Shown piece by piece: positions 47,711-57,730 of a DNA stretch of 64,000 bases. Position 1 is the stretch's first letter; every line of letters starts with the position of its first letter. Source of the DNA: Fibrobacterales bacterium. GTDB lineage: Bacteria > Fibrobacterota > Fibrobacteria > Fibrobacterales > JAOPTW01. Location: the NCBI GenBank assembly GCA_051532035.1, contig JAOPTW010000036.1:32001-96000 (forward strand), in the 5' to 3' direction. The translations under genes and the position numbers were made by a program. The notes beneath the pieces are model-generated. The model had not been told where the DNA came from. It saw only the letters and a list, made by a program, of their open reading frames with translations, and searched no databases.

Positions 47711-50347
47711 TTAATCGAAAGAGTAGCTCGACTTCCAGTTGGAATCTAACACAAGGTAAGCGTCAAATAAGTTCCCTTTTTTTGATTTAAAACCCCGAAT
47801 AAGCTCAGTCTTCCGCTTTTCTATAAGTTGAGCCACATGGTCATCAGTCAGTGCGATACCACCAGTCTCTTTCCAAATAGTGACGTTACACTTTTCTTTG
47901 CTACAAAAGATCACCTTATCACTGTGCTTGAGCTTTTCCCCACATGCAGGACACACCTTTCCAAGATCTTTGCCTCCACCACCACTTGAACCCTCAAAAT
48001 CAAAAACCACCTTCCACTCTTCATTGAGCTTGAGTGGTGCCGAAAACTGGGTCCCCTTCCGAGAGGTAAACCCTTCAATCTGATCACACTTCTTTTTCTT
48101 CACTAATTGAGTAATATACTTCTTCTCTAAAGTAAGCCCCGCAACACGTTTAAAAATAACGAGCTCACACCCATCAGTATCGCAGTAGACAACTTTTTCA
48201 CTTTCACGAAGGTTCTCTTTTTTACACTTGGGGCATTTTCCTTTGAACGCCTCAGTTTTACTCCGTTCTTCAGAAAATTCAAAAGTAACTTCAAATTTTT
48301 CATCTATTTTGAGCTTCGCAGAAAATTCAAAACCACGCTTTGATTTAAATCCTGTGAGCTCCTCCGTAATACCATTATTCACCAGTGCCAGGATCTCTTC
48401 GGTACTCAAACTCCGCTGTGCCACCGCATGACCCAACTTAAATAAACACTGTTCATCGGGACAAACATATCCCCAGCTCACCCCACTGAGTTTCTGCTTT
48501 TTACATTTTGGGCAGTCAATAGTCCCCCCAAGGTCTTCACGCTCAAAGTCATTCACATAATCTTCACGAAGCTTTTCAAAGATACTCGTTACAAAATTTA
48601 TGATATCATCCCGAAATTGATCAGGGGCATAATTACCCTTTTCAACCTGAGTCAACTTGTACTCCCACTCACCCGTCATTTCTGCAGATTTTACGCGGTC
48701 ATCCACTTTCGCAATGAGCTGCCGCCCTTTAGGACCTGAAACAATTTTTCCTTTATCTTCTTGTAAAAATTCTCTCCGCTTAAGGGTTTCGATAATACCT
48801 GCCTGAGTTGCTGGTGTTCCAAGACCCCTATCTTTCATCGCCTCGGCAAGGGCTTCATCGGTAATATTTTTACCCGCGGTTTTCATTGCTGCAAGCAGTG
48901 TTGCCTCTGTAAAGTATTTGGGCTTTGATTTCTTTTTTTTATGGACGTCAAGATTTTCCCAAGGGTCACTCTCCCCCATCTGCCAAGTGAGCTCACTCTC
49001 GAGACGGTTACTTATCTCATCGTCATCTTTTTTCTCATCATCTTTCTGTTTTGTTTTAAAACCCAAGTCAATATCGAGCTTTAATTTAATTCTAAAAAAC
49101 TCATCAACACATTTAAGTTGCACCGTGTACTCTTTCCAAAGGTGTGGTTTTTGCCATGCAGTCACAAACCGCTCTACAATGAGTGAATATATTTTTTGTT
49201 CTTCGGCACTCAGATTTACGGGGCGTTCCACCGTTGGAATTATAGCATAGTGATCCGTCACCTTCTTAGAATTAATAAAGACAAAATTTTCATTTTCGGG
49301 ACGCATCAATTCTCGAGAACCATCGTCGACGAGTTGCTGTGCAAGAGTGTATGACTCCCCTTTCATAGCATCATTTAAGTACTGGGAGTCGGTCCTTGGG
49401 TAGGTTATATACCTTTTTTCATAGAGTTGCTGAGCCACCTCTAACACACGGGCTACTTTAATTTTAAATCGTTTATTTGCTTCTTTCTGAAGTTCGGTCA
49501 AGTCGAATGGCTTTGGCGGAAATGCCTTTTTATCGACAACATCAATTTCTCGAATCTCAGCCTTCTCACCTTTACACTTGTCGACCACCGATTGTGGCAA
49601 CCCATCCTCTTCGAAGAAGACAATTTTATCTTCTCGACACCACTGCGCTTTATATCCACGCCATTGACCAACAACACCATAGGTAAAAAGTTCCTGAAAG
49701 GTCTCAACCTCATTATCTCGTTTAACCACAAGATTTAAGGTAGGTGTTTGTACCCGGCCAACCGAAAGGAGCGAACCATGCCCTGCAGTGAGAGTATACG
49801 CACGAGTCGAATTGAGACCAACGAGCCAGTCAGCCCGTTGTCTAAGTCGTGCAGCATAAGAAAGGTTAATACGGTGCTGTGCTGACTCGAGCTTTTTAAA
49901 TGCAGGGTCGAGATCTTTTGCCACAAATGAGTTCACCCAAAGCCGCTTTATCTCTTTTTCTCTCAGCTGAGGATTGTAATCGATAACCAAATCAAATATT
50001 AGATTACCCTCACGACCAGCATCCGCACCATTAATAAGCACATCACTCTGTTCCATTAAGCGTGTCACTATTTGGAGTTGCTTTTTAGTACCTTCAATCG
50101 CCTTAAGTTTAAACTGCGGAGGGATCAAGGGGAGGTTTTCTAACTTCCACATCCCATCATATCCCTCATACTCATCAAAGGTCGAGAGCGTGACCAAATG
50201 GCCTACACACCAAGTTATGGTGTAATTCTTCCCTTCCAGATACCCATCTCTCTTCACAAATGACTCCCCCTCACAGCGTTCGAGCATAGGGCGATAATGT
50301 TGTGTAGCGACTGATGGTTTTTCTGCGACAAGTAGGATCATGGACAT
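47711..50347 (-). CDS. topB: Type IA DNA topoisomerase III with C-terminal zinc-ribbon/Toprim C-terminal repeats
   Basis: VAEKPSVA, TWCVGHL, DAGREG, SVGRVQTPT, ITYPRTD (catalytic Tyr), GLGTPAT; three CP.C...GF.SK.G..F.A.L repeats. Confidence 0.92.
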   Translation of the reverse strand: MSMILLVAEKPSVATQHYRPMLERCEGESFVKRDGYLEGKNYTITWCVGHLVTLSTFDEYEGYDGMWKLENLPLIPPQFKLKAIEGTKKQLQIVTRLMEQSDVLINGADAGREGNLIFDLVIDYNPQLREKEIKRLWVNSFVAKDLDPAFKKLESAQHRINLSYAARLRQRADWLVGLNSTRAYTLTAGHGSLLSVGRVQTPTLNLVVKRDNEVETFQELFTYGVVGQWRGYKAQWCREDKIVFFEEDGLPQSVVDKCKGEKAEIREIDVVDKKAFPPKPFDLTELQKEANKRFKIKVARVLEVAQQLYEKRYITYPRTDSQYLNDAMKGESYTLAQQLVDDGSRELMRPENENFVFINSKKVTDHYAIIPTVERPVNLSAEEQKIYSLIVERFVTAWQKPHLWKEYTVQLKCVDEFFRIKLKLDIDLGFKTKQKDDEKKDDDEISNRLESELTWQMGESDPWENLDVHKKKKSKPKYFTEATLLAAMKTAGKNITDEALAEAMKDRGLGTPATQAGIIETLKRREFLQEDKGKIVSGPKGRQLIAKVDDRVKSAEMTGEWEYKLTQVEKGNYAPDQFRDDIINFVTSIFEKLREDYVNDFEREDLGGTIDCPKCKKQKLSGVSWGYVCPDEQCLFKLGHAVAQRSLSTEEILALVNNGITEELTGFKSKRGFEFSAKLKIDEKFEVTFEFSEERSKTEAFKGKCPKCKKENLRESEKVVYCDTDGCELVIFKRVAGLTLEKKYITQLVKKKKCDQIEGFTSRKGTQFSAPLKLNEEWKVVFDFEGSSGGGGKDLGKVCPACGEKLKHSDKVIFCSKEKCNVTIWKETGGIALTDDHVAQLIEKRKTELIRGFKSKKGNLFDAYLVLDSNWKSSYSFD

Positions 50348-50553
50348 CTAGGTTGGAAGGTATAGTGCAATAGTAATATATTTGGTTTTTCATGTAAGGA
50401 GATTTTACCCATTCTAAATGATTCAAATAGAATTTTGATTGTATCCTCGATTCAAGCGAATATTTTTAGAAATGCACCCAATTGCCAAAACCCAATCGAG
50501 TGATTAATACTATATTAATTTACAACAGAGATCACCTCAAACAAAGTCGCACA

Positions 50554-52056
50554 ATGAAAACAACTACAGCTATCCCCGACATTCATAAGGCCATATCAGA
50601 AAACAAGATAGAGTCTATCAAGAATATTCTCGATCAAAAAGATTGCGTCAATGAAGTCGATCATGAGCAACGGACTCCACTCATTTGGGCTGTCAGTTCC
50701 AATAATCTTGAGGTTATTGAGCTTCTCATTATTCATGGTGCAGATATAAATGCCAGTGATGCCAAAGGGGCAACGCCGCTTCTCTGGGCCGCACGTACTG
50801 GTAATCATGAAATATTTTTAAAACTTCTTGCCAATGGTGCCGATATTACTGCAACCGAAGAATCTGGTGGTTCTGTCCTCACGTGGGCAGCTTATGGAGG
50901 CAGTACTGAGACGGTTCAATTCTGTTTGGATAACGGTCAAGAACTCAATCAAAAGGATGCAAAAGGCTTCACTCCACTCATGCGTGCCCTCTATAGAGAA
51001 AACAGTGATACCGTACGATATCTTGTCGAACAAGGTGCAGGAATTGACGAACAAGAGGCCTCAGGTTGGACTGCCCTAGCCCTTGCTATTATTCAGAAAA
51101 AAAATGAGAGCGTTCGCTACTTACTTGACCAGGATGCGGACTGTAATCTAGGAAATAATGATGGCATTACACCACTGATGCTTGCCTCAAAAGATGGCAA
51201 CACTACACTCGTCGAACAGTTAATCTCACAAGACGCCTCAATAAATATTCAAGAGAAAGCGGGCAACACTGCTCTTATGCTCGCCTCCTATCATGGACAT
51301 TATGCTATTGTAAAGACCCTCCTTGAAGCAAATGCCGATTTAACCCTCACCTCTCAGGATGCCGTAACAGCTCTTATGCGTGCCTGCAGCGCTGGCCACC
51401 TGACTACTGCTGATCTTCTCATCTCAAAAGGAGCTGATGCGACACTCTGCGACGACAAGCAGCGCACGACCCTCATGTGGGCCGTACAAGGGCAGCAGAT
51501 TGATGTAGTTAAAAAGGTACTCAACAGTGGCGCCGATATTAATGCCGTCGATGCAAATGGTGGCTCTGCACTCATTTGGGCTGCCATGAAAGGTGATCTT
51601 ACTATTGTAACGCACCTATTCGAGAAAGGCGCGACGATGACTGCACAAGAAAAGTACAACGGGAACGCACTCAGTTGGGCCGCTTACTGTGGTCACCTTG
51701 AAGTGGTCACCTTCTTTTTTGGAAAAGGACTCTCATTGAATGAGACCACAGAAGATGGCAGTACTCCTCTTATGAGAGCTATTGAAAAGGGGCACCTTCA
51801 TATTGTTAAGTTTCTTACAGAAAATAATGGCGACCTTAATCACTCCAATAAAAAAGGGATTACCGCGCTTCTGTATGCAGTATACCATAAACAGATTGCT
51901 GCCGTTAAACTCCTTATAGAAAAAGGGGTTGACCTGAACCACTGTGATAACGAAAAGATGAATGCTGTGACTCTAGCAGAAAAAACACTCCAGCCAGATA
52001 TCGCCCATCTGCTTATAGAAGCAGGGGCAGACAATTCGCCAATTAATAGCAAATAG
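50554..52056 (+). CDS. Ankyrin repeat protein (about 15 repeats)
   Basis: 33-aa periodicity G.TPL..A...G....V..L...GAD.N; start probably ATG 50554. Confidence 0.92.
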   Translation: MKTTTAIPDIHKAISENKIESIKNILDQKDCVNEVDHEQRTPLIWAVSSNNLEVIELLIIHGADINASDAKGATPLLWAARTGNHEIFLKLLANGADITATEESGGSVLTWAAYGGSTETVQFCLDNGQELNQKDAKGFTPLMRALYRENSDTVRYLVEQGAGIDEQEASGWTALALAIIQKKNESVRYLLDQDADCNLGNNDGITPLMLASKDGNTTLVEQLISQDASINIQEKAGNTALMLASYHGHYAIVKTLLEANADLTLTSQDAVTALMRACSAGHLTTADLLISKGADATLCDDKQRTTLMWAVQGQQIDVVKKVLNSGADINAVDANGGSALIWAAMKGDLTIVTHLFEKGATMTAQEKYNGNALSWAAYCGHLEVVTFFFGKGLSLNETTEDGSTPLMRAIEKGHLHIVKFLTENNGDLNHSNKKGITALLYAVYHKQIAAVKLLIEKGVDLNHCDNEKMNAVTLAEKTLQPDIAHLLIEAGADNSPINSK

Positions 52057-52080
52057 ATTTTTATAATTCTATAAAAAATT

Positions 52081-52116
52081 AAAAAAGCCACACTTCAAAA
52101 TGAAGTGTGGCTTTTT
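52081..52116. terminator. Bidirectional intrinsic terminator
   Basis: AAAAAAGCCACACTTCA-AAA-TGAAGTGTGGCTTTTT. Confidence 0.88.
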
Positions 52117-52145
52117 ATTTTCTAAAACTCAAACTGATTTGAATG

Positions 52146-53810
52146 CTATTTTTTATTTTTCAAATAGTAACGAATAAGTCCGTTAGTAGAGCTATCATGA
52201 CTGAGTGCAACATCTGCATCAGCATCACCAGCTTCGAGTTCAGGAAGAATAACTTTTGCAAGTTGTTTACCGAGCTCAACGCCCCACTGATCGTATGAGT
52301 TAACATTCCACACCGCACCTTGAACAAAGATTTTGTGTTCGTACATTGAAATCAAACTACCTAATGTTTTTGGATCAAGCTCTTTAAACATAAGTGCATT
52401 AGAAGGACGGTTCCCTTCGAATACTTTATGTGGTGCAAGAAATTCGATCTCTTCTGCACTCATACCCGAAGCTTTTAGCTCAGCGGTCGCTTCCTCATGC
52501 GTTTTACCATTCATAAGTGCTTCTGGCTGTGCAAAAAAGTTTGCCAGTAGTTTACGATGATGATCACCAATAGGGTTTTGTGAGTTTGCAGGAGCAATAA
52601 AATCACATGGAATCAATTTAGTACCTTGATGGATCAACTGATAAAAGGCATGTTGCCCATTAGTACCAGGCTCGCCCCAAAGAATTGGCCCTGTTTCGTA
52701 ATCAACAATATTTGATTCACGATCGACAGACTTACCATTTGACTCCATATCTGCCTGTTGGAAGTATGCTGCAAAACGGTGCATGTATTGATCATAGGGA
52801 AGAATTGTATATGACTCCGCGCCATAAAAGTTGTTGTACCAGATACCAAGAAGTGCAAGAATAACCGGAAGGTTCTCTTCAGGTGCTGCAGTTTTGAAAT
52901 GGTTATCCATTTCGTGCATGCCTTCGAGAAGCTGTGCAAAGTTATCCCAACCAAGTCCGAGTGCAAGAGGAGTACCAATTGCTGATGAGAGTGAATAACG
53001 GCCACCAACCCAGTTCCAAAACTCAAACATATTTTCTGTGTCAATACCAAATTTTGAAACTTCTTCAGTATTAGTTGAGAGAGCTGCAAAGTGTTTTGCA
53101 ATAGATGATGCATCACCGTCAAAAGCCGCAAGTACTGCGTCTTTAGCTGACTGTGCATTGGTCATAGTCTCTTGTGTCGTAAATGTTTTTGACGCTACAA
53201 GAAAAAGAGTCTCTTCGATATTTACTTTTTTGAGAGTCTCTGCAATGTGAGTACCATCTACATTTGATACAAAAAGTACTTCAGGAGTATTTTCTGGTTT
53301 AAAAGACTTGAGTGCTTCGTAGACCATTACCGGTCCGAGGTCTGAACCACCAATGCCAATATTTACTACTGTTTTAATCTCTTTGCCTGTATGTCCTTTC
53401 CACTCACCACTATTTACCTTATTGGTAAATGCTTCGATCTTTGCAAGTACATCATTTATAGCAGGCATTACATCAGCACCGTCAACGTCAATAGGTGTAT
53501 TTGAACGATTACGAAGTGCAACGTGAAGTACCGATCGTTTCTCTGTGGTATTAATTATCCCACCAGAAAACATCTGTTCTTTAAGTTCTTCATATTTACT
53601 TGATTTTAAAAGATCTATTAGACACTTTACCGTATCTTCAGAAATAATATTTTTTGAATAATCAAGAAAAATCCCGCAGGCTTCTTTTGAAAATTTTTCT
53701 GCACGGTCACTATCAGCAGCAAACATTTCACGCATGTGCCAGTCAAGGGTTTCATTATAATGGTCAACGAGGGTTTCCCACTCTTTACTCTCGGTCAATA
53801 CACTCAACAT
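52146..53810 (-). CDS. pgi: Glucose-6-phosphate isomerase
   Basis: [47 protein letters not shown]. Confidence 0.98.
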   Translation of the reverse strand: MLSVLTESKEWETLVDHYNETLDWHMREMFAADSDRAEKFSKEACGIFLDYSKNIISEDTVKCLIDLLKSSKYEELKEQMFSGGIINTTEKRSVLHVALRNRSNTPIDVDGADVMPAINDVLAKIEAFTNKVNSGEWKGHTGKEIKTVVNIGIGGSDLGPVMVYEALKSFKPENTPEVLFVSNVDGTHIAETLKKVNIEETLFLVASKTFTTQETMTNAQSAKDAVLAAFDGDASSIAKHFAALSTNTEEVSKFGIDTENMFEFWNWVGGRYSLSSAIGTPLALGLGWDNFAQLLEGMHEMDNHFKTAAPEENLPVILALLGIWYNNFYGAESYTILPYDQYMHRFAAYFQQADMESNGKSVDRESNIVDYETGPILWGEPGTNGQHAFYQLIHQGTKLIPCDFIAPANSQNPIGDHHRKLLANFFAQPEALMNGKTHEEATAELKASGMSAEEIEFLAPHKVFEGNRPSNALMFKELDPKTLGSLISMYEHKIFVQGAVWNVNSYDQWGVELGKQLAKVILPELEAGDADADVALSHDSSTNGLIRYYLKNKK

Positions 53811-54059
53811 GTCCTCACATCTAATAAATTATTGTGCCACAATAATACGTAAATTAGCGAGATTTGTCCTCTCTCTTTCATTGCTAAATTTGAGCATTTT
53901 GTCTTTATATACCCATTTAAAAATTGTGGTTTTTGAAAAAATACAGTAAATTGACCTCTAAAATATGGCCCCACCGCCCCATTGTAAACTTATGTAAACT
54001 ATTTGTTAGCGTTCAGAGTATTTTATAGTAACACAAATACAACTAAACTGTGGAAATCT

Positions 54060-54443
54060 ATGAAAATACTATTAGTAGACGATACATTCATTATGCGAAA
54101 AATGCAAAAAAATACCCTTGAACAAATGGGGTACAATGAGATAGTTGAAGCCCGGAATGGAGTCGAGGCACTGCAAAAGCTCGAGGAAGACCCAGCTATT
54201 GGACTGGTATTACTCGACTGGGAAATGCCTACAATGAGTGGCCTCTCCGCATTAAAATCAATAAAATCAAATCCACTCCATCAAAACACTCCCGTTATTA
54301 TGGTAACCAGCCAAAAGAACCGTCCCAAAGTGATGGAGGCAATTAAGGCCGGAGTCAATGGATACATCATGGTCCCTTTTAAAGCCAATGATTATATCAA
54401 TAAAATAGAGTCAGTTATGGGTAATTCCATGGTTGTCGCATAA
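54060..54443 (+). CDS. CheY-like single-domain response regulator (atypical, lacks conserved Lys)
   Basis: ILLVDD, LLDWEMP, PVIMVTS, but YIMVPF where KPF is expected; start ATG 54060. Confidence 0.88.
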   Translation: MKILLVDDTFIMRKMQKNTLEQMGYNEIVEARNGVEALQKLEEDPAIGLVLLDWEMPTMSGLSALKSIKSNPLHQNTPVIMVTSQKNRPKVMEAIKAGVNGYIMVPFKANDYINKIESVMGNSMVVA

Positions 54444-54537
54444 GGGTACTCAAAATTGTTAATTCTCCTATTTAGTTATACCTTTTCCCCAATTAGTGTA
54501 GTACAGTTTAAGTGATGCTACTTATTAGTGAATGATT

Positions 54538-54921
54538 ATGAAAATTATGCTTGTAGACGATTCCTCTACGATGAGAAGAATCCAGAAAAATACTCTTGCT
54601 CGTATTGGTTATGATACGATTGTTGAAGCAGCCGATGGTCAAGAGTGTCTTAATATGCTCGGACAGCAATCAGATATAAGTCTCGTACTTATGGATTGGA
54701 ATATGCCTAATATGGATGGAATCACCGCACTCAAAGCGATCAAATCTGCAGATTCATTTAAACACATACCGGTTATCATGGTCACTTCGGAGTCTTCAAA
54801 AGATAAAATTATGGAAGCGATTCAATCAGGTGCTTCAAGTTATGTCGTTAAACCGTTTGAACCCAAAGTTATCGAAGAGAAAATTGAAAAGGTTATCGAA
54901 ATTAATAACCTACAAAAATAA
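54538..54921 (+). CDS. CheY-like single-domain response regulator
   Basis: IMLVDDSSTMRRI, LMDWNMPNMDG, PVIMVTSE, YVVKPF. Confidence 0.92.
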   Translation: MKIMLVDDSSTMRRIQKNTLARIGYDTIVEAADGQECLNMLGQQSDISLVLMDWNMPNMDGITALKAIKSADSFKHIPVIMVTSESSKDKIMEAIQSGASSYVVKPFEPKVIEEKIEKVIEINNLQK

Positions 54922-54923
54922 CC

Positions 54924-56822
54924 TTAGTTCAAGCCAAGTCTGCTTTTTAGTTTTTTATACGTCATTGTGTAATAGGGCTTCATCATTGATTCCCGATAAT
55001 CAAATCCAAATGCACGACGAGACACCGCTACAACAGGTGGTGCTTGTACCCTTTTTGCGACTCCCATTCCTTTGAAAAGAATCCACCACCGTTCAAGGTC
55101 AATTACAAAATCTACAATATCAGGAAATACCGATTTAATATCATGAGGAAGATCGAGTTCATCATTGAGGGTACCCATGTGATACCACTGAAGAATTTCT
55201 TCTGGTGTAATTCGATTCCAGCGCTGCATCCATGCATGAAAAAGTCGGTCGTGATACCAATAAATCATTGGATCCCCCTTATCAGCATCAACATCTTGCG
55301 CATCACTCAATTCAGCAGAGGGAACAATGGTAAAGGTCCCTTCGGGTATAATGGTGCGTCCCCATTTTTTATTATTTAAATAGCGTCCCAAATCATATAC
55401 TTGCTCTTTCCAGAGGTCGGCCAATAGCGCAAGAAAACCACCATGATCACCATAGAGAGTAGAGTACCCTACTGTAGTCTCTGCTTTATTTGCATTGCAG
55501 GTAAACACCCCACCAAAAGCAGAAGAGAGCGCTGCTAAAATACGAGAGGAGCGGTCACGAGCCTGTACATTTTCGAGATGAAACCCAGAGAGGGCAAGAA
55601 CTTCTGACGCTCCATCCGGAGCATGTAATGTGAGATTATCAATCTGACTTTCTGTCAAAGTAACCGATGATTCAATAGGAATATCAGTATAGTAACACCC
55701 AATATTTTCTGCGAGCTCCCGTGCAAGGTTTATAGTCGTCTGGGAGTTGTACTGACTCGGCATATTAACTAAGAGTAGATCATGAGGATCGACAATCAAT
55801 CCGTAGAGAGCTGCTGCTACAGCAGAATCTATACCACCCGAAACTCCTATAACCACACGCTTTAATCCACACTGCTCCATATATTTTTTTGCAGAATAGA
55901 GAAGTGAATCGGCAATTTCACTACTCCGCGATCCATTATCTTTTTGTTCAATTTTCAAAAAGGACTCGGTCATATTCAATGAACAGGTAAATACCGTAGA
56001 GAGATAGGCAGGAAGTTTTACAACGGTCCCACCATCTGCATCATAGAGAGTACTCTGGCCATCAAAGGAGTATATTGTTTTGGCATTATTCTGTACTCCT
56101 GTATTATTAACATACAGCAAAGGAACCTGTGATCTTTTCGCATGAGCAGCAAATACCCGGTCCCGTTTGTCGCTTTTGCCAAGAGTGAAAGGAGAACTAC
56201 TCAGATTAAGGAGTATATCAACCCCTTTCTTTGCGAGTATATCAACAATATTGAGATTATAGTCATCCCCCCAGCCATCTTCACAAAGCATCCCCCCAAG
56301 GCGCACTGGAGATTCCTCAAAAGGAACGACAAATGGTTCAAGAAGATCTTCTACTGTGGTACCACGAGATTGAGCAAGTACTTGTAAATCTGAAAAGTGT
56401 CGATTCTCTTCGAACTCCCGATAGTTGGGTAATAAGGTTTTAGGTTGAAATTTAAGATCGAGTTTTTCTGATCGAATAAATTTTCTCTGGTAGGCAACAT
56501 AGAGTCCGTTGTACTTCATACGTCTGCCATCGGTTCCCAGTGCCGTTTCATCTACTGCAACATTACCAAATACAATACATATTTCACGAGAAAGTCTCCG
56601 TACCATATCTCCATAGGTGAGACAATCCTGAACAAAAGCACGCTCTTCCCAAAGGTCACCAATAAGGTATCCCGAGAGACAAAACTCAGGAAACACAATA
56701 ATGTGCGCACCTTTAGCAAGGGCCTCTGTAACACTTTGCTCTATCGTTGTATAGTTGAGGTCAGGGCGCCCTGGTTCTATCTCAATTTGCCCAATAGCTA
56801 TGGTTAATGCAGCGCTACTCAT
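54924..56822 (-). CDS. nadE: Glutamine-dependent NAD+ synthetase
   Basis: Nitrilase domain (FPE, K.LLPNYREFEE.R.F, LCED) plus synthetase domain (GVSGGIDSA, ENVQAR.R, NKAE..VGYSTLYGD, PSAEL); start ATG 56822. Confidence 0.95.
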   Translation of the reverse strand: MSSAALTIAIGQIEIEPGRPDLNYTTIEQSVTEALAKGAHIIVFPEFCLSGYLIGDLWEERAFVQDCLTYGDMVRRLSREICIVFGNVAVDETALGTDGRRMKYNGLYVAYQRKFIRSEKLDLKFQPKTLLPNYREFEENRHFSDLQVLAQSRGTTVEDLLEPFVVPFEESPVRLGGMLCEDGWGDDYNLNIVDILAKKGVDILLNLSSSPFTLGKSDKRDRVFAAHAKRSQVPLLYVNNTGVQNNAKTIYSFDGQSTLYDADGGTVVKLPAYLSTVFTCSLNMTESFLKIEQKDNGSRSSEIADSLLYSAKKYMEQCGLKRVVIGVSGGIDSAVAAALYGLIVDPHDLLLVNMPSQYNSQTTINLARELAENIGCYYTDIPIESSVTLTESQIDNLTLHAPDGASEVLALSGFHLENVQARDRSSRILAALSSAFGGVFTCNANKAETTVGYSTLYGDHGGFLALLADLWKEQVYDLGRYLNNKKWGRTIIPEGTFTIVPSAELSDAQDVDADKGDPMIYWYHDRLFHAWMQRWNRITPEEILQWYHMGTLNDELDLPHDIKSVFPDIVDFVIDLERWWILFKGMGVAKRVQAPPVVAVSRRAFGFDYRESMMKPYYTMTYKKLKSRLGLN

Positions 56823-57534
56823 GGGACTTGCTCCACTCTTCATAGAGATAAAACGCACAGATATTTTTTGCATCTATCGCAAGGGTTTTACGTGCTTCTG
56901 TATAGGGAGCAATTTTTATCTGTATCACTTCATCTTCGTCATCGTGAATGCGGTGCTTGTTATGATATGCATCAATAAAGGATCGGTCAACGGTTCTCTC
57001 TAACAAAAATATTCTTAAAAACTCATCCATGCCGCCTACCGAACAGTAGATCCCGTTCGCGTCCATCCCCAGAACCTCTTTTGTTAGATCCACCAGTTCT
57101 CCCGGTTCCGTTTTAAGGTCAGCCTCTTCTTCAAGTTCACAGCGCATTATACCCTCATAATCACTGCTATGATCGAGCATTCCTGCGGGAATTTCTGGAC
57201 AGCGACGCATTCCCACACCAATGCGGGATTGTTCAACATAGAGTATATATTTATCATTTTCACAGTGGAGTACAATGAAGCACCCAACAGCGCCACCGCG
57301 AAGCATAACAATTCCATTAACTCGTCTTCCCTGTTCATCAACGGCATCGCAATCTAACTTAAGAAAGAGTAAATGTTTTGCACCCTTCTTTTGAATAAAG
57401 TCTGCGGATTGAAAGTTAAGACCCTGAACAACAATTTCTGGATCGAGTCCTTTGAGCCAATCATTGAGTAACGTCCCATTAACAATGAGGTCTTCTTCCT
57501 CTTCTGTGGGCGAAAATTGAAAACTGTGATACAT
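56815..57534 (-). CDS. Nudix hydrolase (ADP-sugar pyrophosphatase-like) with degenerate Nudix box
   Basis: GIVMLRGGAV...V.Q.R....EIPAGMLD...ELEEE...S.GG.DE; overlaps the nadE start. Confidence 0.8.
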   Translation of the reverse strand: MYHSFQFSPTEEEEDLIVNGTLLNDWLKGLDPEIVVQGLNFQSADFIQKKGAKHLLFLKLDCDAVDEQGRRVNGIVMLRGGAVGCFIVLHCENDKYILYVEQSRIGVGMRRCPEIPAGMLDHSSDYEGIMRCELEEEADLKTEPGELVDLTKEVLGMDANGIYCSVGGMDEFLRIFLLERTVDRSFIDAYHNKHRIHDDEDEVIQIKIAPYTEARKTLAIDAKNICAFYLYEEWSKSHE

Positions 57535-57730
57535 TGGAGTACCGTCTAATAGAATTATGCTTAAAATAGCTTAATCTAGAGCTGATGTAAATTATAGAAT
57601 TTCTGAACATAGGTTAGGGCACTTCTAAAATAAGCTGCTATTGTGAGTGGGGCACTCATTCTCTCCACTGAACAGCCCAACAGTGAGCATAATTACTATA
57701 CTTTATTGAAATAACTAGCCCGTACCTCTT

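Noticed and set aside
807..56873. Longest-ORF starts for trmD (807), M4 protease (7874), DUF3570 (15766), ccsB (35565), SRAP (43044), ankyrin (50482), CheY (54003) and nadE (56873)
   Set aside because: Downstream starts fit SD position, family N-termini and neighbouring gene boundaries better
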